Shown piece by piece: positions 1-8,800 of a DNA stretch of 64,000 bases. Each line of letters begins with the position of its first letter. The first letter of the stretch is position 1. The stretch is from assembly GCA_038146705.1 (NCBI GenBank), contig JAYQSB010000002.1, positions 8,688 to 72,687 of the forward strand, in the 5' to 3' direction. Origin of the DNA: Candidatus Poseidoniales archaeon. GTDB lineage: Archaea; Thermoplasmatota; Poseidoniia; Poseidoniales; Poseidoniaceae. The translations under genes were made by a program, and so were the position numbers. The notes beneath the pieces were generated by a model that searched no databases, was not told where the DNA came from, and was given only the letters and a program-made list of their open reading frames with translations.

Positions 1-2
1 CA

Positions 3-1160
3 TTGCGGGCCTCTGTCGAAAAACCACCTCTGCCATTTCATCGCAAAGATGATGATATCTCAGTTGAACAGGACATTGCATCGTATGTTGATACTTTATT
101 TTCAACACAACCTCATGATGTTAGTTCTTGCTTTTTCTCGTCAACATCGGACATGGTCGTACAGGGTCTTAACGATAACAGAATAATGCTAGCGTTGAAA
201 TTACCAAGACTCGCAGGTCATTTAGGGAAGAAAGATGTTGATATTCACGGCTCTCAATTGCCTCGCTTAGGTCGCGAATTGGCAGGTGCAGCGAAACTTG
301 CAGGTGTCCAGGGTATCTTTCATTCAGATGAATTACCAGCCTACGGCATAACCCAAGACGAAGTTGATGCCGTAACACATGAACTTGGTCTAGATGAAGG
401 TGATGCCTTTGCGTTGTGCCTCGCACCAAAATGGCAGGCAACACTCGCTCTTGAATCTGTAAAAAACAGGGCAAAACAAGCATGGCATCGAATTCCCAAA
501 GAAGTAAGGAATGTTGTGGTCAAAAAAGGAGCGCCTGAAGATGGAACAACCACACCGATGCGTCCTCTGCCGGGCAGCTCCCGAATGTACCCCGAGACTG
601 ATGTTCAAACAACGAGGGTTACAACAACGCATTGGGGGGATATCAAATCCAATCTTCCACCAAACGAAGAACAGAGGTTATTGCGTCTATCTGAAGTTGA
701 TATATCTGAAGACCAGGCCAAGCAACTTCTATCCCGTGAACAAGACGATCTTTTCATTGATTTCCTCGGCGAACTACCTGCGAAATTTTGGGCTTCACTC
801 ATGCTTGATTACGAAGGAACATCTTTGAGCCTCCTTCACAATGTTGCTCTGCTTCATGAACAACAGTTGTGTGCTCGTGACCACATTGAACGGATTGTAT
901 CACACTTTAGGAACGAAACAGATGCCTCGTTTGATGCTCTCAAGTCGTATTGTGAAGAACATCAACTCGCCCCTGCCTCCGAAGATGACTTAGCATCAAT
1001 CATCAAAGGTGTGCTTGAAGAGCGAAGAGAATTTATCGAACAAAAGGGCATGGCTGCAATGGGGCCCTTGATGGGTGTCGTCATGCAAGCAGCAGGCGGT
1101 GCGGACGGGAAGCAAGTGAGCACATTGCTCCGACAGGCGATTCTGGAAATGATTGAGTGA
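3..1160 (+). CDS. gatE: Glutamyl-tRNA(Gln) amidotransferase subunit E (GatE), C-terminal part. 5' end lies outside the window.
   Basis: The sequence has FHSDELPAYGITQDEV and PMRPLPGSSRMYPETD segments, followed by a C-terminal GatB/YqeY-like helical domain (MGPLMGVVMQAAGGADGKQVSTLLRQAILEMIE). The ORF is open to the window edge. Confidence 0.75.
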   Translation: MRASVEKPPLPFHRKDDDISVEQDIASYVDTLFSTQPHDVSSCFFSSTSDMVVQGLNDNRIMLALKLPRLAGHLGKKDVDIHGSQLPRLGRELAGAAKLAGVQGIFHSDELPAYGITQDEVDAVTHELGLDEGDAFALCLAPKWQATLALESVKNRAKQAWHRIPKEVRNVVVKKGAPEDGTTTPMRPLPGSSRMYPETDVQTTRVTTTHWGDIKSNLPPNEEQRLLRLSEVDISEDQAKQLLSREQDDLFIDFLGELPAKFWASLMLDYEGTSLSLLHNVALLHEQQLCARDHIERIVSHFRNETDASFDALKSYCEEHQLAPASEDDLASIIKGVLEERREFIEQKGMAAMGPLMGVVMQAAGGADGKQVSTLLRQAILEMIE

Positions 1161-1166
1161 GAAGGA

Positions 1167-2840
1167 ATGAAACCACAACAATCTGGAATCATTCTTCTCT
1201 TTTTGATTTTGATGAGCTTGCAAACGACAGCTGCATCACCACAGTCATATTCTCTTGCCTGGGAGCATCAATTTGAAGAAGGATACATCACAACCAGTCC
1301 GGTTATTTTTGAGGAAACTGTGTTTGTTCGCACCTCAGGATATTGGGTCGGAGATGAACGACCGAAAGTCACTGCGTTTGATTTCGATGGTAATTTACTG
1401 TGGAATTACACCAATAATGCATCCACTCAGCACGACATGGCACCACTACTTGTTGTCGAAAATGGTGAAGGGATTTGTGGCACTTGGGAAACGATGCTTC
1501 TTGTCCCATGGGCCAATGGTGATTTGACCGCGCATAACGTGTCAACTGGCGAATTGGTTTGGAATCAGTCAACAATGGTTGACCAGTGGGGTCTCACTGG
1601 AAGGGCAATTGTGCATGACGATATCGTCATCGCCCCCACTCGCCATGGTTTTTCTGAATTTTGTTTGGCAGACGGCATGGAACAAATAAATTACCAACTT
1701 GGTCTTGGTTGGAGAAATGGTGTGTCAATACATCTGAATGGGACATGGATTGGTGATGAAAACGGGACGGTGTGGTCTATTCAAAATGGAACAGTTGAAC
1801 AGTTCGATGCGGGTGAAGGGTTTATCCGTCATTCTCCAGTGGTGACGAATGATGGCCTTGTCATTCATTTGCAAACTTCAAATGGAAGCGAAATCCTCTT
1901 TTTCAACAGTACATCAAAATCGTTTACCTTGCTCAACACCAGTGGTCCTTCGCCGGGTGTTCCGTTCAGTACTGGCTCATTTGTGGTGACAACCGACAGC
2001 ACGCATGTTCGAATTTTTGATTGCTCAACAGTTTGTTTTCAAGTCGACTCTATCAGATCACATTCAAATGGTGAGATAGGAATTGATGGAAACAACAGAA
2101 TTTGGGTTCCTCAAAATGTGATGAATGGTGGCACACTCATTCTTTCCCTCAATCAGACAGGGGTAATCGTATCATCATCATCATTCAATACGACCTTGGA
2201 TGGATATTCTACAGCATCTCCGGCATTTTCCACTTCATCTACCTCAATCATGGTTTTTGGAAATGATTTTGGAGCACTACGTCTTTACTCACAGAAAACC
2301 GATGTATTCAACGCAGAGAAGAATTACAATCTAACAGAATTCCTTCTTGGAATTACCTTCTTCTTATTCGTGGCAACATGTGCTAAATTTGTCATCAAGG
2401 GTTCAAAAATATGGGCACTTCGTTTACTTCTAACTTCCTTGCTCATCAGCCTTCTTCTTGTGACCCCTCAATTGATGACACTTCTTCAGGAATCGAAACC
2501 AGAGGCTTTACTGCAAAAAGAAGAGGAGTTATGGTCTCCAGATTGGCCACCAGAATGGAATAATACTCAAGTCGTCATTATCGATTTACCAAACGGCCAA
2601 ATCATCGACGGAGGGTTCACAGGCCACGAAACAGTATATGCACTCACAGTTGCTATGGCAGAGAAAAACAACATTTCTATCGTCGTTCAAGAATTTTATT
2701 TTGGCGTCTTCATCGAAAGTTTTTCCGGGGTGACTGGAAATGGTTGGGAGTTTATCGTCGATGGGGAATTGGGCGATGTATCTGCTGACCAATCTGAAAT
2801 GCCTGTATCCGGAATTTTGAGATGGACCCTAGCATCTTGA
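1167..2840 (+). CDS. Secreted N-glycosylated beta-propeller protein with two TM helices and a C-terminal DUF4430 (transcobalamin/BtuG-like) domain.
   Basis: N-terminal signal peptide MKPQQSGIILLFLILMSLQTTAASP. Many NxS/T sequons and repeated W-containing blades (LLWNY, LVWNQ, TVWSIQNG). Two hydrophobic helices. The tail ...GFTGHETVYALTVAMA...FSGVTGNGWEFIVDGELGDVSADQ...ILRWTL matches the DUF4430 consensus (G.W.y.VNGe...A...ikW.y). Confidence 0.55.
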   Translation: MKPQQSGIILLFLILMSLQTTAASPQSYSLAWEHQFEEGYITTSPVIFEETVFVRTSGYWVGDERPKVTAFDFDGNLLWNYTNNASTQHDMAPLLVVENGEGICGTWETMLLVPWANGDLTAHNVSTGELVWNQSTMVDQWGLTGRAIVHDDIVIAPTRHGFSEFCLADGMEQINYQLGLGWRNGVSIHLNGTWIGDENGTVWSIQNGTVEQFDAGEGFIRHSPVVTNDGLVIHLQTSNGSEILFFNSTSKSFTLLNTSGPSPGVPFSTGSFVVTTDSTHVRIFDCSTVCFQVDSIRSHSNGEIGIDGNNRIWVPQNVMNGGTLILSLNQTGVIVSSSSFNTTLDGYSTASPAFSTSSTSIMVFGNDFGALRLYSQKTDVFNAEKNYNLTEFLLGITFFLFVATCAKFVIKGSKIWALRLLLTSLLISLLLVTPQLMTLLQESKPEALLQKEEELWSPDWPPEWNNTQVVIIDLPNGQIIDGGFTGHETVYALTVAMAEKNNISIVVQEFYFGVFIESFSGVTGNGWEFIVDGELGDVSADQSEMPVSGILRWTLAS

Positions 2841-2877
2841 TGGTAAGGGCTAAGTCCGACTGTCAACTCGGACAACC

Positions 2878-3534
2878 ATGTTCTCTGCTATTGGCACACA
2901 CGGGCCAATATTGTCACCGATTGCAGATACTCTTCTCGACATCTTTTTTGTTGGTCTCGCAATCATGCTTTTTACGAACTCAAAACCATCGAAGATGCAA
3001 TCTTTCTTCTTCCTTTCATTTGTTTGCATCATTGTTGCTGGGCGAGTCATCCTCCAACCATTGCCTAACGTGCAACCTGTAACTCTAGCAGTCTTCCTCA
3101 TGGGGGCACACCAAGGTGCACGTCGAGGTATGAGTTTTGCAATTCTCGTGACCCTTCTGTCAAATCTTTTCATTGGGGATGGATGGTGGACGTTGTTTCA
3201 AGCGATTGGATGGTCTGCAGTTGCAGCACTCGGTGCTTGTGCTACTGCTACTTCGAGTGCAAAAATAGAATTGAACGTGCTCTTGCCTCTGCTTGTTGTT
3301 TCCTCTGTACTTTTTGACATCATAACAACGCTTTCTCTTATTGATTCATCAACAACCATGACTTCATTCATGTCAATTCTTTATTCAGGATTGCTCTACG
3401 ACATGTTCCATATCCTTGGTAATCTATGTTTTGCAGTTTGGTTGGGAGAGTCAATTCAGGACTTTTTGATGCCGATTGAGAACATACACGAAGAATCTGT
3501 ACTGGCTGAGGACTTGCATGTTATCGGTGGATGA
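2878..3534 (+). CDS. Polytopic membrane protein, possibly an ECF-type S-component (vitamin-capture subunit).
   Basis: 218 aa with about 6 hydrophobic helices and Gly/Ala-rich TM segments. It lies immediately downstream of the DUF4430 protein, the usual genomic partner of DUF4430. No soluble domain. Confidence 0.35.
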   Translation: MFSAIGTHGPILSPIADTLLDIFFVGLAIMLFTNSKPSKMQSFFFLSFVCIIVAGRVILQPLPNVQPVTLAVFLMGAHQGARRGMSFAILVTLLSNLFIGDGWWTLFQAIGWSAVAALGACATATSSAKIELNVLLPLLVVSSVLFDIITTLSLIDSSTTMTSFMSILYSGLLYDMFHILGNLCFAVWLGESIQDFLMPIENIHEESVLAEDLHVIGG

Positions 3535-3544
3535 TCAATTTAGC

Positions 3545-3895
3545 ATGGCACTTCTTGTGCGAAATGATCTCGAAATGTCGCCAGGGAAAGTTGCTGTACA
3601 ATGTGCTCATGCCGCAGTAGATTGTTCCTTGCAAGCAAGGAAAGTTATACCACAATTATTCGAGATGTGGCGAAACACCGGCTCGAGAAAAATATGTCTC
3701 GTCGCTTTGGATGAGGAGGACATCCTGTACTGGAAAGAAAAATGTGTTGAAGTTGGCCTCGTTCATTCAATTGTCCGAGATGCAGGCCGAACCGAGGTCC
3801 CTGCACAAACAATTACGGTGTTAGGGGTTGGACCTGCCCACAAAACTTCTCTCGATGACATATTTTCTAATCTAGATTTGTATGGGGTAGAGTGA
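3545..3895 (+). CDS. pth2: Peptidyl-tRNA hydrolase, archaeal/eukaryotic type (Pth2), copy 1.
   Basis: GKVAVQCAHAA motif and a C-terminal ...TITVLGVGPA... segment. About 116 aa from the internal ATG at 3545. The upstream part of the listed ORF overlaps the preceding gene. Confidence 0.8.
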   Translation: MALLVRNDLEMSPGKVAVQCAHAAVDCSLQARKVIPQLFEMWRNTGSRKICLVALDEEDILYWKEKCVEVGLVHSIVRDAGRTEVPAQTITVLGVGPAHKTSLDDIFSNLDLYGVE

Positions 3896-4311
3896 TGGGT
3901 TTTCGTTCATTTCTTCATCGAATTACTGCCCCAAAAATGATACAACCGGTTGAGAATCGTCCACTCAAACTCGTTTTGGTCATCAACCATAGCCTCGGAA
4001 TGAAAAAGGGAAAAATTGCTGCTCAAGTGGGCCACGCTAGTGTACAAACCCTTCTCTCTGCAGGCTCTGTTATCCCACATATAGTCGATGCTTGGCTGGC
4101 TCAAGGTCAAAAGAAAGTATGCGTTAAAGCAGCAAATGAACAACAGATGAATGAATTGTCTTCCAGAGCAAAACAGGCCAAACTTCATACTTCGAAAACA
4201 ATAGATGCTGGGCACACCCAAATCCCAAAAGGTAGTTACACAGTGCTAGCGATTGGTCCCGGATACGAATCAGAAATTGATGAAATCACTGGACATTTAT
4301 CGTTATTGTAG
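3892..4311 (+). CDS. pth2: Peptidyl-tRNA hydrolase Pth2, copy 2 (tandem paralog).
   Basis: GKIAAQVGHAS motif and YTVLAIGPG. An ATGA overlap with the stop of copy 1 suggests translational coupling. Confidence 0.75.
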   Translation: MMGFRSFLHRITAPKMIQPVENRPLKLVLVINHSLGMKKGKIAAQVGHASVQTLLSAGSVIPHIVDAWLAQGQKKVCVKAANEQQMNELSSRAKQAKLHTSKTIDAGHTQIPKGSYTVLAIGPGYESEIDEITGHLSLL

Positions 4312-4324
4312 CATCAAGGAATTG

Positions 4325-5389
4325 ATGAAGAAGAAGTTCTTGGTTGGCACCATGAGAGAATTCAATAACGACAGAATCGATTTTCGAAGCGATACTGTGA
4401 CGCAACCGACTTCGAAAATGTTGGAAGCCATGCACAATGCAAAAGTCGGTGACGATGTTCTAGGAGATGATCCGACAGTGATTGAACTTCAACAAAAAGT
4501 TGCTCGAATGTTTGGAAAAGAGGCTGGATTGTTTGTTCCCTCTGGAACGATGTCAAATGCCATTGCCCTACGAACACATACCGTTCCTGGTGATGAAATC
4601 ATTTGTGATAAATCGGCACATATTTATCGATATGAGGGCGGAGGATTTGCTGCACTTTGTGGGGCATCAATTTCTTTAGTCGATGGGGAAAAATGTCTGA
4701 TGACACCCGAACAAGTTCGTGCTGCCATTCGAAAATCCGAAGGCTCTCAAAGCCATTATCCAAACGGAAGTTTAGTCTGTGTAGAAAATACGACTAATTT
4801 GGGTGGAGGTGCGTGCTACAGGAAAGAAACTCTTGATGCAATTGCAAATGTAGCCCGAGAGTTTGATTGTGCAACTCACATTGATGGAGCACGAATTTTT
4901 AATGCGAGCATTGCTACAAATACTCCTGTTGACAGTTTATCGGAAATGTACGATTCAGTTTCTGTTTGCTTGTCCAAGGGATTAGGCGCCCCAGTTGGCT
5001 CAATTCTTGTAGGGTCGCCTGAATTCATTGCCACTGCTCATCGTTGGCGAAAGATGTTCGGAGGGGGGTGGAGGCAGGCTGGAATACTTGCAGGAGCATG
5101 CTTGTATGCTCTTGAAAACAACATTGAGCGATTAGAAGAAGACCACCGTAGAGCAAAACAAATCGCAGATTTTTTCCATCAAACTCCTGGTTTTCATGTC
5201 GATGTTTCCACTGTTCAGACAAATATGGTCTATGTTGATACAGAACAACCCGCAAAGAAGTGGGTCGAGCATCTTTCAGCAAAAGGCATCGATGTTTTTG
5301 ACGTAGGGCCACATCGACTTCGATTTGTTGTCCATTTACACGTAGAAGATAGAGATGTGATACGGCTCCAAGAAGTTATAATGTCATGA
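4325..5389 (+). CDS. ltaE: Low-specificity L-threonine aldolase (PLP-dependent).
   Basis: FRSDTVTQPT...GDDVLGDDPTV...FVPSGTMSNAIALRTH...CDKSAHIYRYEGGG is typical of the threonine aldolase family. Start moved to the internal ATG at 4325 to avoid overlap with pth2. Confidence 0.8.
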   Translation: MKKKFLVGTMREFNNDRIDFRSDTVTQPTSKMLEAMHNAKVGDDVLGDDPTVIELQQKVARMFGKEAGLFVPSGTMSNAIALRTHTVPGDEIICDKSAHIYRYEGGGFAALCGASISLVDGEKCLMTPEQVRAAIRKSEGSQSHYPNGSLVCVENTTNLGGGACYRKETLDAIANVAREFDCATHIDGARIFNASIATNTPVDSLSEMYDSVSVCLSKGLGAPVGSILVGSPEFIATAHRWRKMFGGGWRQAGILAGACLYALENNIERLEEDHRRAKQIADFFHQTPGFHVDVSTVQTNMVYVDTEQPAKKWVEHLSAKGIDVFDVGPHRLRFVVHLHVEDRDVIRLQEVIMS

Positions 5390-5419
5390 GTTTATATCCA
5401 CTCGGAGATTTTCACTCGT

Positions 5420-7849
5420 GTGAATCCTTACGACAATCCCTGCGAGATTTGTTCTTCACGGCAAACCGAAGAACATCATGAACATTGTGAACTTTGTTCA
5501 TCATTGTTGAAATCCAATATCAGAAAGGATTGGAACATCAAGATTGAACCGGATACCAGAGATGAAATCGTTCATTTGATGGCTGGTGCGAAACAAACCC
5601 CAACAAAATGGAGGCGACTTTCTCCGATGCTTGATATTCCCGAACTTCAATGGTTTAGATTGGATAGTGGTACAGACCCAATACACAAATTACCTTGTGA
5701 AGATGATGAGTTTAGTACTATCATCAATCTTAAATTTTCAGATGGCCCGTTGTGCAAAAAACAACAAGCAATACTCCGAAAGGGCGTTGAACTCCATGAC
5801 GGAACAGTTATTTCGATTCACGGTGAGGATTGTTTTATTGATCATTTTAAATTGGCGAAGGAGGTTCCGATTGGAATATTTTTCAAAATCATGTGCAATC
5901 CAATTGAACGAAAAGGATGGGATTTGAAACAATTTTTCTTAGCAGCCTCCGCTTTTGCTCCAAGCATTCATGAAGCTCGTGAGGAACGAATGTTTCATCA
6001 TCGATTTCAAGGACGCCGTCGACGTCGCACAGCAGGTGAAGAATCATTTTACGCCATGTTGCGATGGCTTGGAAGCAAGATTACTTGCTCCAGGGAAAAC
6101 GACGGTCTTTCGAGCAGTATCAACGCATGGGCATATGATGTGAATTCATTTTTCCAAAATAGAGAGCGAATGAGTTTCCCTCAAAACTATACAAATGCAA
6201 TTAAAAACATCCCCGATGGCTTAGAACACCTCTTTCCTGAACCTTGGGTTCAAGCATGGAATCAAGAGACAAATATTCATCATGAAGATGAAAATCAAGT
6301 TGCTCCGATTCGATTTTCAAAGGGTAAAGTCAAGGTAAAAGTGAAAAGGGCGGACGGCTCTAGTTTCTGGATTTCGGTTATTGAACATCCATTGCACATC
6401 GCGTTTGTTCTTTCAGCATGCTTTTATCCAGTCGACCATCCAGCGAGAAAATTATTTTCAGCACTCCAATCCATTTGGTTCAAAGATGACCACAAAAAGC
6501 CGATTACAGAAACCCCATTCGGAGTATCAGTCCAATTTCTTCAAGGTTGTCTTGATGTCGTAGGGGAAAATGCGGTTGTCCATCGTAATGCGATTTTGAT
6601 CCGAGGAAAGTTTGGTCATTACTATGAATTGAAATTGGGTTATGGAGCTCACGGTGCACCGTATCTCCTTCGACCTTTAGATTGTCAAGGAACGACTCTT
6701 CAGTACCGTGAATCGCTGTGCATTCATAATGGGCCTACGCAAAGAAGACTCCCTATTGGAGATACGATTGGCTCGGTGGTGATGAGTATTGCAAATGATG
6801 CAATTTCATCTCGCCTCGTTGATAGTCTTCGACACCACATCGTTCGAAATGGACCCCTCCTTCTTACACCAACAAACCAAGATGAATTTTTTCAACAACT
6901 TGACATGCCCGAATTTCATGATTTTGTGCGTCAACACCCCTTTCGCGGTCGGAATGATAGGCAGTTTGACGATCATGGAGAAATGAACAGAAGGCCGCGT
7001 TGGTTTCATCGAATTGATGCATCAAATCCTGAATTGACAAAGCAGTTGTCTTTAGTCCATATTAACGATCCGTTTGGAAGGTGGATGCAGAACAGAATTG
7101 GACGTCAACGACGAATAGGCGGCGATGGCGACGATTATGAAATGAAAAGAAAACAAGGAGTCCCTCGCACAACGATTGAAGAATTCACTCACCGAGAGGC
7201 AGTCCTTGCTTGGAAGAGGTTGGTTGACCAATCACTAAGAATGGACGAACAAGATGATGAAGGCGGAGTGAGAATAAACCGAGACAGACTTCGAGAACAT
7301 ATGGGCAGGTACATACAAAATCCCCCATTCATCCACGATATTTTCAGGAATAGAGAGACAAACAAACGAATACATGGGTGTGGTGACATCCGCGACGGAG
7401 AACGCCGGTGGTGTGAAACATTTGCAAGGGCGTGGGAATGTCTGCATCTTCAACCAATCGAATCAACCATCCAATTGCATGGAGTTGATACCAAATCCTT
7501 GGCTTTTCAACACTTCAGTCTCAAGATAACTATTCGAGACAAGGATGAGGAACGGTTTATTCAAAAGATTGCTGAACTTGTTGGTTACGAACTCCTTCTT
7601 GAAGATGAACAGAATCTCGTGATGATACGCAAGCGCCATCCAAGAGCAGATGCTCGTATTGAAGTCGCACGTATGTTGAATCAGCTCCAACAGAAGCAGG
7701 GAGCGGAGAAAGCACCACCTCGTTGGTGGAATTACATCGATAGAACCCATGCCCCAGAAGAGTTGGAGAAAGGGCGATGGCAACTCCATGAGGATTTACA
7801 AGACGACAAAAAAGGCGGGAAGGATTGGATTCGGTTTGAAGACTTGTAG
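5420..7849 (+). CDS. Large hypothetical protein (809 aa) with an N-terminal Cys/His cluster.
   Basis: GTG start. N-terminus reads CEICSS...HHEHCELCSS (zinc-ribbon-like). There is a basic RRRRR patch and a KGKVKVKVK low-complexity segment. No recognisable catalytic motif. Confidence 0.45.
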   Translation: MNPYDNPCEICSSRQTEEHHEHCELCSSLLKSNIRKDWNIKIEPDTRDEIVHLMAGAKQTPTKWRRLSPMLDIPELQWFRLDSGTDPIHKLPCEDDEFSTIINLKFSDGPLCKKQQAILRKGVELHDGTVISIHGEDCFIDHFKLAKEVPIGIFFKIMCNPIERKGWDLKQFFLAASAFAPSIHEAREERMFHHRFQGRRRRRTAGEESFYAMLRWLGSKITCSRENDGLSSSINAWAYDVNSFFQNRERMSFPQNYTNAIKNIPDGLEHLFPEPWVQAWNQETNIHHEDENQVAPIRFSKGKVKVKVKRADGSSFWISVIEHPLHIAFVLSACFYPVDHPARKLFSALQSIWFKDDHKKPITETPFGVSVQFLQGCLDVVGENAVVHRNAILIRGKFGHYYELKLGYGAHGAPYLLRPLDCQGTTLQYRESLCIHNGPTQRRLPIGDTIGSVVMSIANDAISSRLVDSLRHHIVRNGPLLLTPTNQDEFFQQLDMPEFHDFVRQHPFRGRNDRQFDDHGEMNRRPRWFHRIDASNPELTKQLSLVHINDPFGRWMQNRIGRQRRIGGDGDDYEMKRKQGVPRTTIEEFTHREAVLAWKRLVDQSLRMDEQDDEGGVRINRDRLREHMGRYIQNPPFIHDIFRNRETNKRIHGCGDIRDGERRWCETFARAWECLHLQPIESTIQLHGVDTKSLAFQHFSLKITIRDKDEERFIQKIAELVGYELLLEDEQNLVMIRKRHPRADARIEVARMLNQLQQKQGAEKAPPRWWNYIDRTHAPEELEKGRWQLHEDLQDDKKGGKDWIRFEDL

Positions 7850-7867
7850 ATATTGAATCATTCATGT

Positions 7868-8800
7868 TCAGTATCCATTCTTCCGGAGAACGAAGGCACA
7901 GAGAATAATCACGAGGAGCAAATCATTCAAATTGAGGAATGGCAAAGATTCATCTTCTTCTGATGTCGGCTTGTCATCGCTTTCGCAGCATTCTTCATTT
8001 TGAATCGCTGTGAATTCATACATAAGATGAATCTCAATATCATCATCATCAAATGCAGTAGGCGGTGTGAGGGTTGCTGTCCCGTTAAGATTGCTCCCTA
8101 ACGAATGAATTTCACGAACAATGTGCGGGTAGTACCCGAGCTGGTTTGAACCTTCCTCAAATGTAGCACCAGATTCTACAAACCATACTTGAACATCTAT
8201 GGTATAATTTTCCAAAACGAGTGCACTAAAATTGACGTTCCAAGCGACAACACCGACTTCACCTGATGGAGTCCAGGCAAAATCGGATGTACCTTCATTC
8301 AAACGTCGTGTTGAATTGGTGAGATGATCATAATCATCTTTTAACGAATCTCCGTCAGCAACACTTCCAACTTTCTTGAGATGCCCATTGAAAACGACAG
8401 TGGGCGGAATTCTCAGGCCGTATATTTCTTGCCATCGTTCATCGAGAACAACTGAGCCGAATGGGTCTTCAGTCTCTCCAATTGCTCTGTGAAAATGATA
8501 TTGTTGAAGGAAGGGAGCTGGGATTTCATCGAGTGCATGTTCCACATCGACACAATTCGTGCACCATGTCGCAGTGTAATCTTCGACCAAAGATGGTAAA
8601 TCATTGAAATGGTCTGTTTGTGTTGAGATATTCGTTGCATTTGTCCACTGCCCACCGAGGATGAAGCCATGGTCCAAGTCTTCTACAGGTGCTGCTTGAG
8701 TCGATGACATTGAACAGAGAAATGCAAATGTCACAACGACAACAATGAGCCTGCCCATGAGATTTGGACTTGCACCATGTGTTTGATTTTTACCCTTCAA
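7868..8800 (-). CDS. Secreted thioredoxin-fold protein with a WCxxC motif and a C-terminal membrane anchor.
   Basis: Signal peptide (LIVVVVTFAFLCSMSSTQAAP). Redox motif YTATWCTNCVDVE. A C-terminal acidic linker precedes a hydrophobic tail LLLVIILCAFVLRKNGY. Confidence 0.55.
   Translation of the reverse strand: MKGKNQTHGASPNLMGRLIVVVVTFAFLCSMSSTQAAPVEDLDHGFILGGQWTNATNISTQTDHFNDLPSLVEDYTATWCTNCVDVEHALDEIPAPFLQQYHFHRAIGETEDPFGSVVLDERWQEIYGLRIPPTVVFNGHLKKVGSVADGDSLKDDYDHLTNSTRRLNEGTSDFAWTPSGEVGVVAWNVNFSALVLENYTIDVQVWFVESGATFEEGSNQLGYYPHIVREIHSLGSNLNGTATLTPPTAFDDDDIEIHLMYEFTAIQNEECCESDDKPTSEEDESLPFLNLNDLLLVIILCAFVLRKNGY

Noticed and set aside
169-1223. Several 65-105-aa ORFs antisense to, or out of frame within, gatE.
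   Set aside because: They are nested in a gene with clear GatE motifs and have no features of their own.
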